A stretch of DNA of 64,000 nucleotides from Negaprion brevirostris (Eukaryota), in assembly GCA_030324005.1 (NCBI GenBank), contig JARDVH010000001.1, forward strand, positions 118,475,597 through 118,539,596, in the 5' to 3' direction. Both the position numbers and the translations under genes were made by a program. Positions 60,216 through 64,000 of this stretch are shown one piece after another (the first letter of the stretch is position 1; every line of letters starts with the position of its first letter). The notes below the pieces were generated by a model that saw nothing but the letters and a program-made list of their open reading frames with translations, had not been told where the DNA came from and ran no database searches.

Positions 60216-63200
60216 TTTAATTTATGGTCTTTCTAATGTTCAGTTAACAATGTNNNNNNNNNNAACACAAGCCTTCTTACTCATGACTCTAGTTCAATCA
60301 TGATCTGTCTTTTATGCATTGTTTTACCTGCATTGCTAATTTTTATATTTTGATGGACTTTGTATCAAACTTGATTTGATTCTGAGCACTTTATCTGCTC
60401 AAAACTGGAATGGATGATGTCAATGTCATTTATAATATGAATCACTGTCAGTTTACCCCATCCCAGCCCTGAAACTTTTGTATCAAGATGCCTTTGTTAG
60501 ATGTTTCTGTGTAAATCCAAGCCATCAGTGATGTCTGGTTTTGATTTCAATTTTTGACACAAAGCTAGACCCAAAAGAAAATCATAGCAGGAATAGATTA
60601 ATGAAGACAGACTGTGGCAGCAGGGCTGAACAGATTAAGCTATACTTCATCAATCTAAATCAACACGTTAATAGCTTTAGTTGGAAAGTTACTGTATTGT
60701 AATCTTGTCTTATAAAACAATTTTTATATTTTTTCCATGAATTTGGATATTCTGAGCATGAAGATTGGATTGAAATTCAGTATGAATCTAAATCTTGTAT
60801 ATTCACTTCTGTTGTGTTTCTGTGGACTTGGCTGACTTGTGGCTCTGATGGTGGCACTTTTCCAACAGAGATTAAGTTACTTACAGTATTCCTATTAATG
60901 TAGGACTTTGAATGTAGGCTCTGAATGTAATTGTTACTTTAAATAACCAAGTGAATTGCATCCAGTTTAAAATAGGAAGTAACCGGAACAACGTGAATTA
61001 ATTGAACATAATTTCCCATTCATAAAAATGGTCTGAAGTGCTTTTTGTTCAATTGTTTTATGGACCTGGCAAAAGAAGTCTTGAGTTTCACTGGTGAAGT
61101 TAAGGTCATTTGTTGCTGCTGGGTATGGAAAAGGAATTAAAAATGGACAGCGAGATTGGAGAGCTTTTACTGCTGTAATTGTAGGAAATGTGGGAATAAA
61201 CCATTGCTTCTTGTATGTGCATGTTTATGTTGGCTGTGAAACAGATTGCTTTCAAAAGAAGCCATTCATTTAACAATGAAAGATCATTTGTGTTTGAAAG
61301 TAGTGGCCTTTCTCTCACTTATCAGCTGACTGGTAGTGTGCTTCCTGTGAAATGATAATTCGAGTGGAATTGAAAATATTCCCTTATAATTTTTTCCTCT
61401 GGAATAAAGAACCTGTGCAGAAGTAGTGATTGCTGACTCCTTCCCTATTTTTCATCAGCTCACTGAGCTTTCTTATATTCAGACTTGTATGTCCTACCCC
61501 CACCATCGCTGCTGTATGTTGCTGTTTTGAATAATACTTTTTTAAAACATGCATAAAGATTACACAAATTTTAGCCCTTTCAAGGGAGACTTTATTTTAT
61601 TTTCAATGGATATGCGACAAGCAATGTTTCTCTTATTTGAATGTTAAAAATTGCATGACAGCAGCCCCATGTCTGCTATCCCACTAATTTTTCTCTTCAT
61701 CTTGTTGGTCCGCATTACAGCTCAGTGAAGATTGGATTTGCACCTCCTTCCTTCTGCTCCTTGATGATGGGCTGACATTGCAGAGCCACCGTGTGGGGAC
61801 TTGAGGCCTATATTATAGATGCTTGGTCCTGATTTTCTCTTGTTGAAACCTTGTGTCTTATGACCTTTGAACAGCTGTTGGAGCAGTTGGTGATTATAAC
61901 AAAAGCTGGCAAGTAGGCCACACCAATGCCTTTATGCTAAGTGGCACAGGACTTCCTGCATTAATGCCTAAGTCGCAGCCTGGTTTTCAGCCATTGTGTA
62001 ACCCTGCTTAGAGGTGCCAACTTCTGCATTTGATTTTATGATAGTTATGCTGAACCTGTAATGAACTGGCTTGTGCAGAGATGAAGGGGAGCTGCTTATT
62101 AAAATTCCTTGCTTGAACTCAGCTTGAAACTGGTTGGGAATTGGACAAGCATTTCAGTGAGAAGAGTACACACAAAGGCGGCATTTGGAATGACTTCACC
62201 GCATGATGTTTGCTGCAAGAATCGGTTGCTGAAACTTCTTTCAGAATGTATATTTAAAAATATGGCAAATTGTGTAGTAGTTTGCACAAAGCATATATCA
62301 GTAGCAGCCAAGAAGATGCCAGATTTGAGGTCTGGACTCTGCTGAACTAGTTGATCTCATCTATCACATTGAAAAGGGTTTTACAACTGGCTTCGATGCT
62401 CTGAATTGGAAAGGGGAAAATAAGCCAGTGTTTCCATTCCTGATCCCTTCACAGCAATCTTTACTAAAAACATTTGTGTGAGCAGCTTGAATGAAGACAG
62501 GATAGGACTCAGCCATGATATTTTACACAATAGAGTAGCTTGCCAGTGCTCACTGTCAGGGTGTATACATGAATAGTACCCACTTGGCAAGGTAGAAGAA
62601 AGTGCCTGTCATCCATGGAAACAAAGAGCGAGGAAGTCAATGCCTTATTGGGGTGGGGGGTGCACAGAGGAAAGGGACTTGAAATTAAAGAGACAAAAAG
62701 TCAATTAAATAGCAGCTGCTGTGTAAGTGCACATTACCATCGCTGAGCAAGCTTCAACGTGGTGTGCTCTTCACCTCCTCTGAATGTAGAATTCAGAAGT
62801 TTTGTTTTCCTTCAATTGCATTGGACTGTGCAATTGTTCATTGGATGTCTAAGTGCTGGAAGTGATGTTGTATCCCTGTGGAGGGGTTTACCTACAGCAA
62901 TGCTGACCCTCTCTTTTTCTTGAGTTCCCTGCTGGCTTACACTTAAAAGCAGCAGCGACACTCCGGTATCTGATTTTAGTGCTGGCTGGTCAAATACCCA
63001 GGCTCTGTCTGCTGCAGTTAGGTGGTAGCTGCTGATCACTGAAATAGTGAATTGAGTAACATTGCATTCAAGTATTCCTAAGAGCATAACATTGTTTGGA
63101 TAAAGAAAGGAAAATTACAAGACTGATTCCATTGCACAAGTCTGACTTTATCCTTTTCCATGCCATTTTATTCCAGGAGGTAATTTAAATATTATAGCAA

Positions 63201-63457
63201 GGCTGGGAGTCTCACATTTTGTCTAGTTCAGTCCCCCAGCTCTAGGGAAATCTGATAGCTTCAAGGAAGGCGAAAACAGCTTTAGGGAAAGAGTGCAGCT
63301 TGAGGGCCAAAAGGTTCAGGAGTGCTTTTTCCCACCTCTCAAGGCATTCCTGCTTCCCTGGAATGGAAGCTTTAGAGTTCACTAGCAGCACGTGGCTCAC
63401 TGGGAATCCCGTCCCAGATCAGTGTACGTGTCCACCATCCTCAGCTAAATCTCTACT

Positions 63458-63664
63458 CAGAGAGTGGTTGGGGTGTGGAATGGATTGCCTGCTATGATAG
63501 TGGACAGTTTAGGAACTTTCAAGTGGTTATTGGATAGGCACATGGAGCGCACCAAAATGATAGGGAGTCGGGTAGCTTTATCTTGGTTTCAGACAAAACT
63601 CGGCACAACATTGAGGGTCAAAAGGCCTGTACCGTGCTGTACTGTTCTATGTCCTTATGTTCTA
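63458..63664 (+). mobile_element. CR1 3' end
   Basis: QRVVGVWNGLPA...FKWLLDRHM and tail GGCCTGTACCGTGCTGTACTGTTCTATGTCCTTATGTTCTA. Confidence 0.88.
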
Positions 63665-64000
63665 AATGTCAGGGATCAAGGCCACCCTCTCCCTTTCCCT
63701 TGATGTTACCTGCATACGCCTCAGCTTTAGCTGTGACTTGATGCAGAATCCCCTCCACCTGACTGGAAACCAGTTGGCCACTAAAGCCAGTGAGGCATCT
63801 GTAAGAATAAAAATGCAGATGTCATGAAGTTAAAAGTCCCAAGCATGGGGATCAAAACTTACCTCCTCACTTACCAGACTTACCCCTGTCAATATCAGAG
63901 CCATAAAATCTGAGACTGCATTAAAATATCCAAGTAGAAATGAAATAAACTTTTAATGTTTTTATACTACAGAGTTGATTTATACCTTTGCTGTCTTTTA

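Noticed and set aside
63205-63917. MITE with AGTCTCACATTTT / AAAATCTGAGACT ends surrounding the CR1 tail
   Set aside because: Only a 12-of-13 terminal match and no clear target duplication; too weak to list as a feature

Overview
Repeat-rich eukaryotic DNA, almost certainly from a cartilaginous fish (shark). The evidence is many HE1/V-SINE copies, shark-type CR1 tails, DeuSINE/SacSINE1-like copies and Penelope pseudo-LTRs. The assembly is a draft with many N gaps. There is no intact protein-coding ORF; essentially all six-frame ORFs are chance ORFs or decayed transposon fragments (CR1, RTE, Rex1/Babar, Penelope, Gypsy LTR, PIF/Harbinger). The only host-gene signal I can support is one 68-nt candidate internal exon on + (38665-38732) with strong splice signals, so the window is probably mostly intron of a large gene I cannot name. 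The most notable features are: (1) several minimal hammerhead-ribozyme motifs inside Penelope pseudo-LTRs, three with intact catalytic cores on the same strand as the candidate exon; (2) Penelope-derived hairpins; (3) a ~1.2 kb foldback element with a 3-bp target duplication; (4) deep nested transposon stacks; (5) a two-LTR but very old Gypsy element. I found no evidence of a wholly new gene system. Repeat family names come from recognition of motifs by eye, not from database searches, and most repeat boundaries are approximate.
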